Positions 1 through 13,224 are shown, numbered from the stretch's first letter. The stretch is DNA of 64,000 nt from Eledone cirrhosa (GCA_964016885.1 OZ024750.1:54870001-54934000); one strand, 5' to 3'. The notes: generated from the letters alone by a model not told the origin. Numbers and translations: made by a program.

Positions 1-229
1 TAGTCTCTTACAATAAATTAGCTCTAGGAAATTGTTTATAGTTAGTATTCTTATTACCTTAGCGAATCTAGTCCCTTACGATTTGACCACATATATGTAT
101 ATGTCTGTGTTCCTTTTTCTTTTTGTTCAGTTATAATATACGGCTCGGAAAAATCTCTTTCCTAGAGCTAATTTATTGTAAGAGACTATTTTGAGTTTCT
201 AACTCAATATATGTCTTGAATATATCCTT

Positions 230-271
<42 letters not shown>

Positions 272-398
272 GTAATAAACACAGTAAATCATGTGTCTAA
301 TATTACGAGGGTTGAAGAACCACATTTGTTTGAAATATTTAACCATGAAACAGACAGAAAGAGATAAATATATACAGACCGCCTCAATAACTATTATA

Positions 399-480
399 TC
401 TCCCGGACAGATTAGTGATTAATCTGTTTCGCCCTGAGTGTGTTTGTAACCGATAATCCATGGGCATCATCAACGAGAGA
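399..480 (-). ncRNA. Type I hammerhead ribozyme motif (U3-G8 core, GUC site)
   Basis: Minus strand: tctctcg TTGATGA t gccc..gggc GAAA cagatta atcac taatctg TC cgggaga; stems I, II and III all pair. Confidence 0.8.
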
Positions 481-550
481 ATCTGGTTAAATGTGAAATA
501 GTCATTGTGTGTGACTGTTAGCATTAGGTGTTTGTCGCATTTAATCAGAT

Positions 551-636
551 TCTCTCGTTGACGATGCCCGTGGATTAATTATCTGTTACAAAGACACTCA
601 GGGCGAAACAGATTAATCACTAATCTCTCTGGGAGA
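551..636 (+). ncRNA. Type I hammerhead ribozyme motif, slightly decayed partner copy
   Basis: tctctcg TTGACGA t gccc..gggc GAAA cagatta atcac taatctc TC tgggaga; one stem III mismatch next to the core. Confidence 0.65.
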
Positions 637-983
637 TATAATAGTTATTGAGGCAGTCTTTACTGTGTTTATTACTACATATATTATTATTATAATGCTC
701 AGTATTTATACTTTGAGCTTGTTAATTACAGGGTTTCAGTATGAGTTATTAACTCTATCTTTCATTTATATATATATACATATTGTTATACTTGGGGAGG
801 GTCATATTGTTAAAATATTGCGAGAAATAATAACAGAACATACTCACTGTTTGGTTTGGGTTGGTTTTCGCTTCTGTGTCTTTTATATCTCCATAGTTAA
901 TTTATCTGGCAATCAAAGTTTATTATTGACTGACCAATTGTTAAAAATACAGATATAAATAAATATATATATATATATATAGT

Positions 984-1283
984 CTATCGAAGTTCTTTCG
1001 ACACATATCCGTGACTCCCGATTCTGTCTCTTTGGTTGTAGCCAGAGAACTGCATGCAGTTGATAAATTGTTGGATGTGTCTTTCCATTTCAGTTGAGTC
1101 ACACATGCGGGAGACATTCTTCATCACTCTTACCAAGTCTGCAATCAGAATATTAAACTTAGCACTTTTGGACATTGCTGAGATTTTTAGTATCAGGTAT
1201 TTGGAGGCCATGGGTTTAGCATAGTGAGAGTGGAGAATTTGGGCCCTCTTGTCTGTAGTTAGGGTGTTTGGAAAGGTAGTCAC
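984..1283 (-). mobile_element. Penelope-like element RT C-terminal (thumb) fragment
   Basis: HYAKPMASKYLIL..SA...K...L...LVR....S......F...MQFSGY resembles the YxKP...SGY region of PLE RTs; lies next to the hammerhead inverted repeat. Confidence 0.65.
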
Positions 1284-1554
1284 ACATTCTATAACCCCCT
1301 CAGTGACAAGGCTGTTATTTAGTATCTCTCCTGTGTTCTGTCAGACACCATCTAGTTTTTGTGAACTCACAAAAATATGAGATTATTTCGTTTGTTGTTT
1401 AGTAAAAATTAACACAACACATTGATTACATCTGAAGGAGGTAAGTTGACAAAGATTTACTTAATGTCTATATTAATGTGTGTATATAATATAATTATGT
1501 GAACCCTTCAACGATACAGTAATTATATACAAGTGAAAATATATATAACAACAT

Positions 1555-2917
1555 TACCACTAATACTAAATACTATACTGTACATTAGATAATGTAGTCC
1601 TAGATACACTATGTCTGATAGCCACTAATACTAACTACTATACTGTACATTAGATAATGTTGTCTTCAATACACTATGTCTGATAGCCACTAATACTAAC
1701 TACTGTACTGTACATTAGATAATGTAGTCCTAGGTATACTATATCTGATAGCCACTAATACTAACTACTGTACTGTACATTAGATAATGTAGTCCTAGAT
1801 ACACTATGTCTATAGCCACTAATACTAACTACTATACAGTACATTAGATAATGTAGTATTAGATATACTATGTCTGATAGCCACTAATACTAACTACTGT
1901 ACTGTACATTAGATAATGTAGTCCTAGATATACTATGTCTGATAGCCACTAATACTAACTACTGTACTTTACATTAGATAATGTAGTCCTAGATATACTA
2001 TGTCTGATAGCCACTAATACTAACTACTGTACTTTACATTAGATAATGTAGTCCCAGATACACTATGTCTGATAGCTACTAATACTAACTACTGTACTGT
2101 ACTGTACTGTACTGTACATTAGATAATGCAGTCCTAGATACACTATGTCTGATAGTCACTAATACTAACTACTGTACACTAGATAATGTAGTCCTAGATA
2201 TACTATGTCTGATAGCCACCTATACTGTACATTAGTTAATGTAGTCCTCGATACACTATGTCTGATAGCTACTAATACTAACTACTATACTGTACATTAG
2301 ATAATATAGTCCTAGATAAACCATGTCTGATAGCCACTAATACTAACTACTGTACATTAGATAATGTAGTCCTAGATACACTATATCTGATAGCCACTAA
2401 TACTAACTACTATACTGTACATTAGATAATGTAGTGCTAGATACACTATGTCTGATAGCCACTAATACTAACTACTATACCATACATTAGATAATGTAGT
2501 GCTAGATAAACCATGTCTGATAGCCACTAATACTAACTACTAGACTGTACATTACATAATGTAGTCCTAGATAAACCATGTCTGATAGCCACTAATACTA
2601 ACTACTATACAGTACATTAGATAATGTAGTCCAAGATACACTATGGCTGATAGCCATTAATACTAACTACTATACTGTACATAAGATAATGTAGTCCAAG
2701 ATACACTATGGCTGATAGCCATTAATACTAACTACTATACTGTACATAAGATATTGTAGTCCAAGATATACTATGTCTGATAGCCACTAATAATAACTAC
2801 TGTACTGTACATTTGATAATTGTAGTCCTAGATATACTATGTCTGGTAGTTACTAGTACTAACTACTGTACACTAGATAATGTAGTCCTAGATATACTAT
2901 GTCTGATAGTCACTAGT
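1555..2917. repeat. Tandem satellite, ~65-bp unit, ~21 copies
   Basis: gatagccactaatactaactactatactgtacattagataatgtagtcctagatacactatgtct recurs at 1617, 1682, 1747 and onward. Confidence 0.95.
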
Positions 2918-3789
2918 ATATACGTAGTTCTCATGGAGATTCAGCGAGAAAAAACGTGTGACATGGCCTCCTATTTAAATACATATAGAACCCATCTTAT
3001 ATTATAATATGCCTGGGTATTTCATTGACACGTGTACCGTTGACATTATTCTCAGGGAGATTCAGTGTGAAAATTCTATGTAACAACGCCCACCCTATAA
3101 TTACGGGTACAACTTATTACTTTTGTCAGCTGGGAGAAATAAAACAATGAGAAATAAAGTGTCTTGTTCAAGGCCCCAACGTACAGACCACCCGGTCTGC
3201 GATTCGAACTCACGAACCATACGTTCATGTACTGTGTGCTATCACCGCGTAAACCCGGTTTCCTCCACACAAAATACACCGGAATAATTTAATCCAGATT
3301 AATTCACGAACAAGAATTACAATAAGTCGCTGAGAGTGATCTCCCTTGGCTGACTTTAAAATCTTTTCTTTAAAATCTTTTCTTTAAAATCAATTTGTTT
3401 CATGTCCGACTGAAAGACTCTGTAGTTTTTACCTGTCTTGGGTTTTATTAATGAGGAATTTTGAGGTATTTATAACAACTATTAATTATTTCATTACTGA
3501 GATATCATTTGAAGGATTTACTAAAGTTTTTAATTATTAATTATTTTATTAGTAACTTAACATGTGATTCTTGTATAAAATTATGTTGGAAGGTTTTAGG
3601 AAGAAGCTATGTAGCCGGTCCCGGTAAAATAGACTCCCACGCTATGTAGCCGGTAAGTGTGTCAGACTCCATGCGTTGCGGCCCTTTATGGTCTGAGTTG
3701 AGACAATTTAAAATCTTTTCCACCATCAATTGTTAAAAAACAAGTTAAAATCATTTAGTCGTCCATTCGTAACGTACGTTACACTTTAG

Positions 3790-4445
3790 TTATATATACA
3801 TCTACTGTGTTACATACACACTTCTACTGTGTTACACACACATATCTACTGTGTTACATACACACATCTACTGTGTTACATACACACACATATACTGTGT
3901 TACATACACACATATCTGTATTACATACACACACATCTGCGTTATATACACACACATCTACTGTGTTACATACACACACATCTACTGTGTTACATACAGA
4001 CACATCTACTGTGTTAAATACACACACATCTACTGTGTTAAATACACACACATCTACTGTATTACATACACATCTACTGGGTTACATGCACACACACATC
4101 TACTGAATTACATACACACATCTGCGTTATATACACACACATCTACTGTGTTACATACACACACATCTACTGCGTACATACACACACACATCTATCGAGT
4201 TACATACACACATCTGTGTTATATACACACACATCTACTGTGTTACATACACACACATCTACTGTGTTACACACACACATCTACTGTGTTACACACACAT
4301 ACATCTATTGGGTTACACACACACATCTACTGTGTTACATACACACACATCTACTGTGTTACACACACACACATCTACTGTGTTACATACACACACATCT
4401 ACTGTGTTACATACACACACATCTACTGGGTTACACATCTACTCA
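3790..4445. repeat. Minisatellite, ~22-24-bp unit
   Basis: catctactgtgttacatacacaca tandem; the HTHTSTVL ORFs are a by-product. Confidence 0.95.
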
Positions 4446-4694
4446 TACATATTCTTAAATAGACACACAATACAAAATAATTATTACATACAGACACATC
4501 TATGTAATGATTGAGGAAGGAAGGGGCTGGTGAAACGCTATAGCAATGTGTGTGTTGCGTACCTTTCAGGCTTCGTAGCCTATTCGAAGATTTTATTATA
4601 ATTATAAACCTCGTACTTCAATTAATCATGAATAATTTTGAGCTATCTCTCACAATTGGTAGTTAATTACTAACATAGTAACATAACATATGGT

Positions 4695-5040
4695 TCATCA
4701 TCATCATCATTTCAATTTATGTCCGCTTTTCCCTGCTTGCAAGGGTGGGACGGGAACTGATTCTGGCTTGATTTCTACAGCTGGATGCCCTTCCTAACGC
4801 CAACCTCATTTACAGTGAGTGCTGGGTGCTTTTTTGCTGTGGCACCTCCACGACCACTTTACAGTGGAATGATAGGGACTGGGATCCCTATCATCTCATT
4901 TCTACAGCTGAGTAAACTGGAGCAATGTGAAATAAAGTGTCTTGCTCAAGGAAACAACACATCACCCGGTCTGAGAATTGAACTCACAACCTTTCGATTG
5001 CAAGGCCAATGCTCTAACCACTAAGCCATGTGCCTCCATG
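4695..5040 (-). mobile_element. tRNA-derived SINE with CORE-like centre and RTE-derived 3' tail (family 1)
   Basis: Reverse complement of the copy at 29009: A/B boxes, ccttgagcaagacactt core, (GAT)n tail. Confidence 0.85.
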
Positions 5041-5209
5041 GTTGTTATATGGAATTTCGTTGGAAGACTTTAATTTAGATAGGAACCATTTCCATAGAAC
5101 GAGAACCAATTTTGGCTGGGTTTCTACCAAAAGGGTTAATGAAGAATTTTGAACAATTTACTAAAATTATTAATTATTTCATTACTAAGATAATGTGTGA
5201 ATACACAAT

Positions 5210-5256
<47 letters not shown>

Positions 5257-5746
5257 TATATATATAGTATATAAAAGATGTAGTGGGATAATGAGTAGTC
5301 TTAAGACAAGTCTGTCCAGATAGCTGCGCTGTAACTTACACTTATTGGGACTGTGTGTTGGCTAGCAGGCCTGTATTTTGGGATCTAGCTGGTCCATTAT
5401 GAGGGAGGTCTGGTTAGTTGGCAGCACCATGCCTTACTTGTGGTATATGTATAGAAATAAGTTAATGTATATGTATAACATATGAGTGTATATATATATA
5501 TATATGTATGTATGTATGTTTATATGTGCAACGAAAGATTTATGTAAATTATGTAAACTATATATATGTGTTTGTGTCTATATTGTATCTGTATTATTTT
5601 TGACCGTCGGTCAGTCAATGGCAACATTGAGGACCGATTAAGTTAGATCGCAGATATAAAAGACAGCGAGAAGCGAAAACCAACCAAACAGTGAGTGTGT
5701 TCTGTTATTAATTCTGGCAATATTACACAAATATGACCCTCCCCAA

Positions 5747-5798
<52 letters not shown>

Positions 5799-5809
5799 CA
5801 TACATATGA

Positions 5810-5884
<75 letters not shown>

Positions 5885-5916
5885 AACATACATATGAGTG
5901 TATATATATATATATA

Positions 5917-6257
5917 TCATCATCATCGTCATAATTTTACGTCCACTTTTTCCCTGCTTGCAAGGGTGAGAGGGGAACTGATTCTGGTTTGATTTCTGCA
6001 GCTGGATGCCCTTCCTAACACCAACCTCATTTACAGTGAGTGGTGGGTGCTTTTTTGCCGTGGCACGTCCACGACCACTTTGCAGTGGAATGATATGGAC
6101 CCCAGTCCCTATCATCTCATTTCTACAGCTGAGTAAACTGGAGCAATGTGAAATAAAGTGTCTTGCTCAAGGAAACAACACATCACCTGGTTTGGGAATT
6201 GAACTCACAACCTTTCGATTGCAAGGCCAATGCTCTAACCGCTAAGCCATGTGCCTC

Positions 6258-6258
<1 letters not shown>
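5917..6258 (-). mobile_element. SINE family 1 copy
   Basis: Near-identical to 4695-5040; inserted in (TA)n. Confidence 0.85.
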
Positions 6259-6314
<56 letters not shown>

Positions 6315-6382
6315 ATTGTATTGTATTGTATTGTATTGTATTGTATTGTATTGTATTGTATTGTATTGTATTGTTATGTTAT

Positions 6383-7937
6383 GTACAATCTATGTATAAT
6401 GAAACACTAAGTAAAGTTAGAATTAACAATGAATATTGTGAAGAATTTAGTGTAAAAGTTGGTGTTCACCAAGGCTCTGTCCTTAGCCCCCTCCTATTTA
6501 TTATTGCCCTTCAGGCTATAACAGAGGAGGTCAAGACGGGCTGCCCATGGGAACTCTTATACGCAGATGATCTAATGCTCATAGCTGAATCAATGGCTGA
6601 ACTAGAGAAGAAATTCCAAACATGGAAGCATGGCCTAGAATCAAAAGGCCTTAATGTTAACTTGTCTAAGACTAAAGTCCTAGTTTGTAGAAAGGAAAAT
6701 AAGGCACAGGTACACTCAGGGAAATGGCCTTGCTCAGTGTGTAGGAAAGGAGAGGGCAGAAATTCAATTTTATGTCCCAAATACAAAGTATGGGTACATA
6801 AAAGATGTAGTAGGATCACAGGTAAACTATCTAAGAACGTAGACTTTATATGTGGCCGATGCTCAGGTGCAATAGGTAGCAAGTGTCCACAGGATACTAG
6901 CTCCTTCTATTGCCCAGATGGTTCCATAGAAATAGTAGACACTTTCTGTTACCTGGGTGACAAAATCAGCAGTGGTGGAGGGTGCTCTGAAAGTACAGTA
7001 GCCAGAGTCAGAACGGGATGGAAAAAGTTCAGAGAGCTTATACCACTGTTGGCCACAAAAGGGTTCTCTCTAAAAATGAAAGGCAGATTGTATGATGCCT
7101 GTATACGAACAGCAATGTTACATGGCAGTGAGATATAGGCATTACGTGCAGATGACCTGCGTAGACTGGAAAGGAACGAAGCATGCATGCTCCGTTGGAC
7201 GTGTAATAGTAATATACGTGAACGGCAAAGCATAAATGAACTAAGTGAGAAATTAGGAATAAGAGGGATCAGATGCTGTTTACCTGAAAGAAGACTTTCG
7301 TTGGTATGGTCACGTGATGCGCATGAGAAATGACAGTTGTATAAAAAAAGTGCAGGGCGATCAAAATTGATGGTAGTTACGGAGTAGGTAGACCCAGAAA
7401 AACATGGGACGATTTGATAAATTCCGACCTTACACACTTGCACCTCTCTAAGACTATGTCACTGGACCAAGATCTTTGGCGCTACCCAGTAATACAGAAG
7501 ACCTGCCTTGCCTATGTACAAAGGGAAACCTACAGTCAGTAGCCTCCTCTTAACCAAATATACACCCCAATCCACTACCCCTACCCTATCCTCCCACTCC
7601 CACCAACACCACACTCTCTCTATAAAGTTGGTACCACAATATCCGGTCCAAATAAATGAGATAATGAGATTGAGATCGAGATCGTGTAGGTGTCACGACA
7701 AAACACACAGTCCACACTGTAATGTGGCCGTGTAGGTAACACGGTAAAAAGTTGCCAGTTCCACACTGTAAATGTGGTTGGTGTTAGGAAGGGCATCCAG
7801 CCGTAGAAATCTGCCAGATAGTCCTATATGAGCGAGACACGGTCACCCGACCAACCTTGTCTCAAGTGGGACAACTCCCATCTAACCCATGCTAGCGTGG
7901 AAAATGGACGTTAAACGAAGATGATGATGATGATGAT
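6383..7937 (+). mobile_element. 5'-truncated RTE-clade LINE (subfamily A)
   Basis: ORF 6251-7138 has GVHQGSVLSP and LYADD; 3' UTR ends in (GAT)n. Confidence 0.92.
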
Positions 7938-8655
7938 ATATAACATTTCTGTAATGTTATTTATATATATAAACATATCTGTAATGTTATTTATATATAT
8001 ATATACAACATATTTGTAATGTTATCCTAAACGGACGGTAGTCCGTTTAGTAATATTGTTGTGGTCGTGTTTTCGTTGGCAATCGTCTGTTTACAACAGT
8101 ACAGCGCGGCTCTACTTTATTTAACTGAGATAAAACTTATATGAGCATGAACAGTAGATCATTACGCATCTTTTGGCTTAAAAATCTAGAAATTTGGTCC
8201 AGCGGGAAAATGTTTATAATCAAAGTTTGCTGATAAATCTTGTGTTCAAGTGAGTGAGTAGTAAGCGTGACGCTAGGGGAGGTAATCCAGAAATGACGAC
8301 GTTTGGAAAAGTTTAATTACTGCATGAAAGAAATGATTCAAAAATTGAACTTGCCCAATCTTCACAACATTGAAAATTGGTCAAAATTTGACAAATCTGA
8401 CTTCAAACCAGATATTCATTTGAACAATGTTGGAAATCTTAAATTGACACAGATTTTTGCCAATGTTTTTGCCACCTGATCCTTGTTCTATGGCTGACTG
8501 ACTAATTTTGTGACTTAATAAATTGTCATCATACTAGTAATGCACAATGGTCATTTTTAAATTTAAATTTTATTAAATAGTTGTTGCTTGCATTGCCTTA
8601 AAATAGTAACAAGAATGTACACATACTTTTTAAAAATACATCATTATCAGTAAAA

Positions 8656-9018
8656 TCAGTCAAATGTCACTAAAACCAAGTGGTCGATAACAACTTCTAT
8701 AATATTAGTTACATGCTCACACATTGGATCACCTCTCATCAATGGCATTGGGTATCTGAGATAATCGTGGAGATAACTGATGAAGTGACAAATGAAGTGA
8801 TGGTCTTCCAGTGTGAACAACTCCCTATATCCATTGATATATGTGATGGCTTCTGATTCATAGGTGCATTGTATGAGGAATTGCATGCATCCGATTTTCA
8901 GTGATTCAATGGGCATTTTATCAGAGATGATAAGGTATTTGACCACGTTTTGCTTTGTAAGTAAATTGGAGAGAATCACTGCAGTCAAAGTCATTTCTTT
9001 GCATGGGTTTTTGTCCAT
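8656..9018 (-). CDS. Putative exon or ORF with a BACK/BPM-like helical motif (BTB/SPOP-family C-terminus)
   Basis: LTKQNVVKYLIISDKMPIESLKIGCMQFL fits the L..eN....L.lAD......LK..c..Fi pattern; preceded by acceptor-like ttttaaccttttag. Confidence 0.4.
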   Translation of the reverse strand: MDKNPCKEMTLTAVILSNLLTKQNVVKYLIISDKMPIESLKIGCMQFLIQCTYESEAITYINGYRELFTLEDHHFICHFISYLHDYLRYPMPLMRGDPMCEHVTNIIEVVIDHLVLVTFD

Positions 9019-9291
9019 TCTAAAAGGTTAAAATGATAAAGTATTACTACTATATAACTTACATCTATTGTTGTAACACCATTGAAATGCACAAGTTTCA
9101 CCAATTCACTATTATGCACTAATCATCTCAAATGCATTCATGATTTACTAGCTTTGTCATTAAGCCAGTTGCCTCAACTAGATTGCAATTATACTCAAAA
9201 GAACTTTAAAATGTCAATCACTTGTCAGTAATTCACTATGATCATTTAATTATTAGATAGTTGTTGCTTGCATTGCCTTAAAAAATAGTAG

Positions 9292-9711
9292 ACCAGATAG
9301 AAAAATGCGTACAGCAAAAAAAAGTAATATTGTTGGAATATAAACCTTTAAAAATCCAGGACAAGAAAGTAAAATAAAACTTTAAAAGAATAGGACAAGA
9401 AAGTAAAATAAAACTTTAAAAGAATAGGACAAGAAACTAAGATAAAACTTTAAAAGAATAGGACAAAAAACTAAGATAAAACTTTAAAGAATTGGACAAG
9501 AAATAAAAAATGTCCTTGAACTCAAGGACATGATGCAAAGAGAAGATGGACGGGTTGGTCAAGATCAAGGATGGCCTATTCTTTTAAAGTTTTATCTTAG
9601 TTTCTTGTCCTATTCTTTTAAAGTTTTATTTTAGTTTCTTGTCCTGGATTTTTAATGGTTTATATTCCAACAATATTACTTTTTTTTGCTGTATGCATTT
9701 TTCTATCTGGT
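9292..9711. mobile_element. Foldback/MITE-like element with long TIRs containing 34-bp tandem subrepeats
   Basis: accagatagaaaaatgc... versus ...gcatttttctatctggt; aggacaagaaagtaaaataaaactttaaaagaat repeated about 4 times on the left and inverted about twice on the right. Confidence 0.75.
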
Positions 9712-10062
9712 TTATATATATATAAAACATATCTGTAATGTTATTTATATATATATATATAAAACATATTTGTAATGTTATTTATATATATATATATATA
9801 TATATAACATATCTGTAATGTTATTTATATATATATAAAACATATATGTAATGTTATTTATATATATATATATATATAACATATTTGTAATGTTATATAT
9901 ATATATAACATATCTGTAATGTTATTTATATATATATATATAAAACATATATGTAATGTTATTTATATATATATATATAACATATTTGTAATGTTATTTA
10001 TATATACATATAACATATCTGTAATGTTATTTATATATATATATATAACATATCTGTAATGT

Positions 10063-10096
<34 letters not shown>

Positions 10097-10114
10097 ATCT
10101 GTAATGTTATTTAT

Positions 10115-11023
10115 ATAGCTAGAGTCAGAACGGGATGGAAAAAGTTCAGAGAGCTTATACCCCTATTGGCCGCTAAAGGGTTCTCTCTAAAAATGAAAGG
10201 CAGGCTGTATGATGCCTGCATACGAACAGCAATGTTGCATGGCAGTGAGACCTGGGCATTGTGTGCAGAGGATATACGCAGACTGGAGAGAAACGAAGCT
10301 TGCATGCTCCGCTGGATGTGTAATAGTAATATACGTGAACGGCGAAGCATAAACGAACTAAGGGAGAAATTAGGAATAAGAGGGACTGGATGTTGTTTAC
10401 TCGAGAGAAGACTACGTTGGTACGGTCACGTGATGCGCATGAAAGACGACAGCTGTATAAAAAAAGTGCAGGGCGATAGAAATAGACGGTAGCCACGGAG
10501 TAGGCAGACCCAGAAAAACCTGGGACGACTTGCTAAATTCCGACCTCACACACTTACACCTCTCTAAGACAATGTCACTGGACCGAGATCTTTGGCGCTA
10601 CCCAGTCATACAGAATAGCTGCCTTGCCTAAGTACAAAGCGAAACCTACAGTCAGTAGGCACCTCTAACAAAATACACCCCGGCCCCACTACCCCTACCC
10701 CATCCACACCACCCCTTTCAATGTAAAGTTATGTTGGTACCACAACATCCAGTCCAAAACAAATGAGGTCGTGTAGGTGTCACGACAAAAAAACACACAG
10801 TCCACGCTGTAATGTGTCCGTGTAGGTAACACGGTAAAAACCTCCCAGTCCACACTGTAAACGTGGTTGGTGTTAGGAAAGGCATCCAGTGGTAGAAAAC
10901 CCGCCAGACAGTCCTATACGAGCAGGACAACAAATCTTACCTCAAGTGGGAAACCTCCCGTCCAAACCCATGCTAGCGTGGAAGATGGACGTCAAACGAT
11001 GATGATGATGATGATGATGATGA
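10115..11023 (+). mobile_element. RTE LINE 3' fragment (subfamily A)
   Basis: KGRLYDACIRTAMLHGSETW...RRLRWYGHV followed by a (GAT)n tail. Confidence 0.9.
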
Positions 11024-11080
11024 TATAAAACATATCTGTAATGTTATTTATATATATATATATAAAACATATATGTAATG

Positions 11081-11115
<35 letters not shown>

Positions 11116-11219
11116 AAACATATATATAAAACATATCTGTAATGTTATTCAATTGAAATTTAAACTTAAAGGTGTAGTAATGCCACAAACGTTTTTCTAT
11201 CTTTAAATAATTAGATACT

Positions 11220-12033
11220 TCATCATCATCATCATCATCATCAGGTTTAGCGTCCGTGTTCCACGCTTGCATGGGTTTGGACGGGGGTTTTCCCACTTGA
11301 GGCAAGAGTGGTTGTCTTGCTCGCATAGGACTGTCTGGCGGGTTTTCTACAGTTGGATGCGGGTTTTCTACAGTGTTTTGATAGAGATGCCTACTGACTG
11401 TAGTAGGTTTTTACTTTGTATTTAGGTAAGGCGGGTCTTCTCTATTACTGAGTACCGCCAAAGGTCTCGGTCCAGTGACATTGTCTTGGAGAGGTGTAAG
11501 CGTGTGAGGTCGGAATTTATCAGCTCGTCCCATGTTTTTCTGGGTCTGCCTACTCCGTGGCTACCGTCTATCTTTATTGCCCTGCACTTTGTTATACAGC
11601 TGTCGTCTTTCATGCGCATCACGTGACCGTACCAACGTAGCCTTCTCTCGAGTAAACAACATCTGATCCCTCTTATTTCTAATTTTTTTTCTTAGTTCGT
11701 TTATGCTTTGCCGTTCACGTATATTACTATTGCACATCCAGCGGAGCATGCAAGCTTCATTCCTCTCTAGCCTGCGTATATCCTCTGCACACAATGCCCA
11801 GGTCTCACTGCCATGCAGCATTGCTGTTCGTATGCAGGCATCGTATAACCTGCCTTTCATTTTTAGGGAGAACCCTCTAGCGGCTAATAGTGGTATAAGC
11901 TCTCTGAACTTTTTCCATCCAGTTCTGACTCTAGCTACTGTACTTTCAGAGCACCCTCCCCCACTGCTGATTTTGTCACCCAGGTAACGGAAGCTGTCCA
12001 CTATTTCTATAGAACCCTCTGCGCAGTTGAAGG
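11220..12033 (-). mobile_element. RTE LINE 3' fragment (subfamily A), nearly identical to the 60.6-kb copy
   Basis: ORFs 11561-12331 and 11422-11622; (CAT)n at 11220. Confidence 0.9.
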
Positions 12034-12412
12034 ATTTATTTATATTTATATAATTGTAAATTATATATATATATTTATATAATTGTAAATACAAGTGCCA
12101 TAGCACACACACACACACACATATATATATATACATGCTAGAGTCCCAGAGAACGAGAGAAGAATGAAGGACAGGTATATGCATGGTAGAAATAGCAGCT
12201 AAAGCCCAGCAAAGTACAGAACGAAGTACACACACACACTCCCTCTCTCTTTCTCTCTCACACACACATATATATTTATGTATGCATGTCTGTATATGGT
12301 TAATGGAATTATGTAATAAAATGATGTACAAATAAAACTGTCTCTCTTATTTATTACACTGACACTTCGATTGATACCTTACTGAGAAAATCCTAATCGT
12401 AAAGTGCTTTAC

Positions 12413-12498
<86 letters not shown>

Positions 12499-12567
12499 TT
12501 CAAAATATATATATATATATATATTAATTCAAAATATTAACAAAATAGACATTCGTGTGATCAAGTA

Positions 12568-12634
12568 TATTTTATTATACATATTTCAGAGGTACTGAGC
12601 TATCTTCAACAGTACGTCCTCATCAGATAAAATA
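12568..12634 (-). ncRNA. Minimal type I hammerhead ribozyme motif
   Basis: tattttat CTGATGA ggacgtactg..cagtacctct GAAA tatgta TA ataaaata; 8-bp stem I and a quasi-palindromic stem III. Confidence 0.88.
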
Positions 12635-12713
12635 AGATGATGCATGACATACCCTGACATAGTAGATGGTTAAGATTCAGTCATGGTATGTCAGGGTATG
12701 TCATGCATCATCT

Positions 12714-12780
12714 TATTTTATCTGATGAGGAAGTACTGGTGAAGATAGCTCAGTACCTCTGAAATATGTATAATAAAATA
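12714..12780 (+). ncRNA. Minimal type I hammerhead ribozyme motif
   Basis: tattttat CTGATGA ggaagtactg gtgaagatagct cagtacctct GAAA tatgta TA ataaaata. Confidence 0.88.
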
Positions 12781-13032
12781 TACTTGATCACATGAATGTC
12801 TATTTTTGTTAATATTTAGAATTAATATTAATAACTCTGGAAAACCATAGCTGTTGAGTGCTTCCCATCTATTGTAAAACTCATTGTTTGATTTATTCAT
12901 TGAACCTTGTTTAACCTTTATATATATATATATATATGTATGTATGTAAAAGGTAAACAGAAATAACAACACAATCGGTACAGTATATGGAAGGTATATA
13001 TTAGGTTAACGCTTGATATGGCAGGAAAAGGG

Positions 13033-13068
13033 TCTTAACGTTTTGGACGCTAGTCCTTTATCAGAAGA
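13033..13068 (-). ncRNA. Decayed minimal hammerhead motif
   Basis: tctt CTGATAA a ggac tagc gtcc AAAA cg TT aaga; stems intact, G8 and G12 changed to A. Confidence 0.5.
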
Positions 13069-13224
13069 AAGAGTGATAAATAAAATAGATATATATATAT
13101 AGTAAAGCACTTTACGATTAGGATTATATATATATATATATAAGTTATACGGGTTGAATCAGAGGTAACCACAGTAAGTAAGGTACTCAATACATAGCAG
13201 AGTATAAAAGTTTTAATATAGAAG

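Larger units (their letters stand above)
376..659. repeat. Inverted repeat (~120-bp arms) carrying two hammerhead motifs; Penelope-like pLTR arrangement
   Basis: agaccgcctcaataac...aatctggttaaatg (376-494) is the reverse complement, with a few mismatches, of catttaatcagatt...gttattgaggcagtct (538-659). Confidence 0.9.
7938..11148. repeat. Interrupted minisatellite aacatatctgtaatgttatt(ta)n in blocks 7938-8025, 9712-10115 and 11025-11148
   Basis: The same unit flanks several insertions. Confidence 0.85.
12522..12826. repeat. Inverted repeat (~140-bp arms) carrying two hammerhead motifs
   Basis: 12522-12661 is reverse complementary to 12687-12826. Confidence 0.92.

Noticed and set aside
1-188. 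31-bp inverted repeat at the window edge (1-31 versus 158-188)
   Set aside because: Real but truncated by the window start and no ribozyme core is visible, so it cannot be classified
1555-2917. CRISPR-like regular array
   Set aside because: Units are wholly repeated with no unique spacers, there are no cas genes, and the context is eukaryotic
3807-4514. His/Thr/Tyr-rich ORFs
   Set aside because: Translations of a 24-bp minisatellite
4553-4600. Possible hammerhead on minus strand (aggct acga agcct GAAA gg TA)
   Set aside because: No CUGANGA-like box or stem I partner
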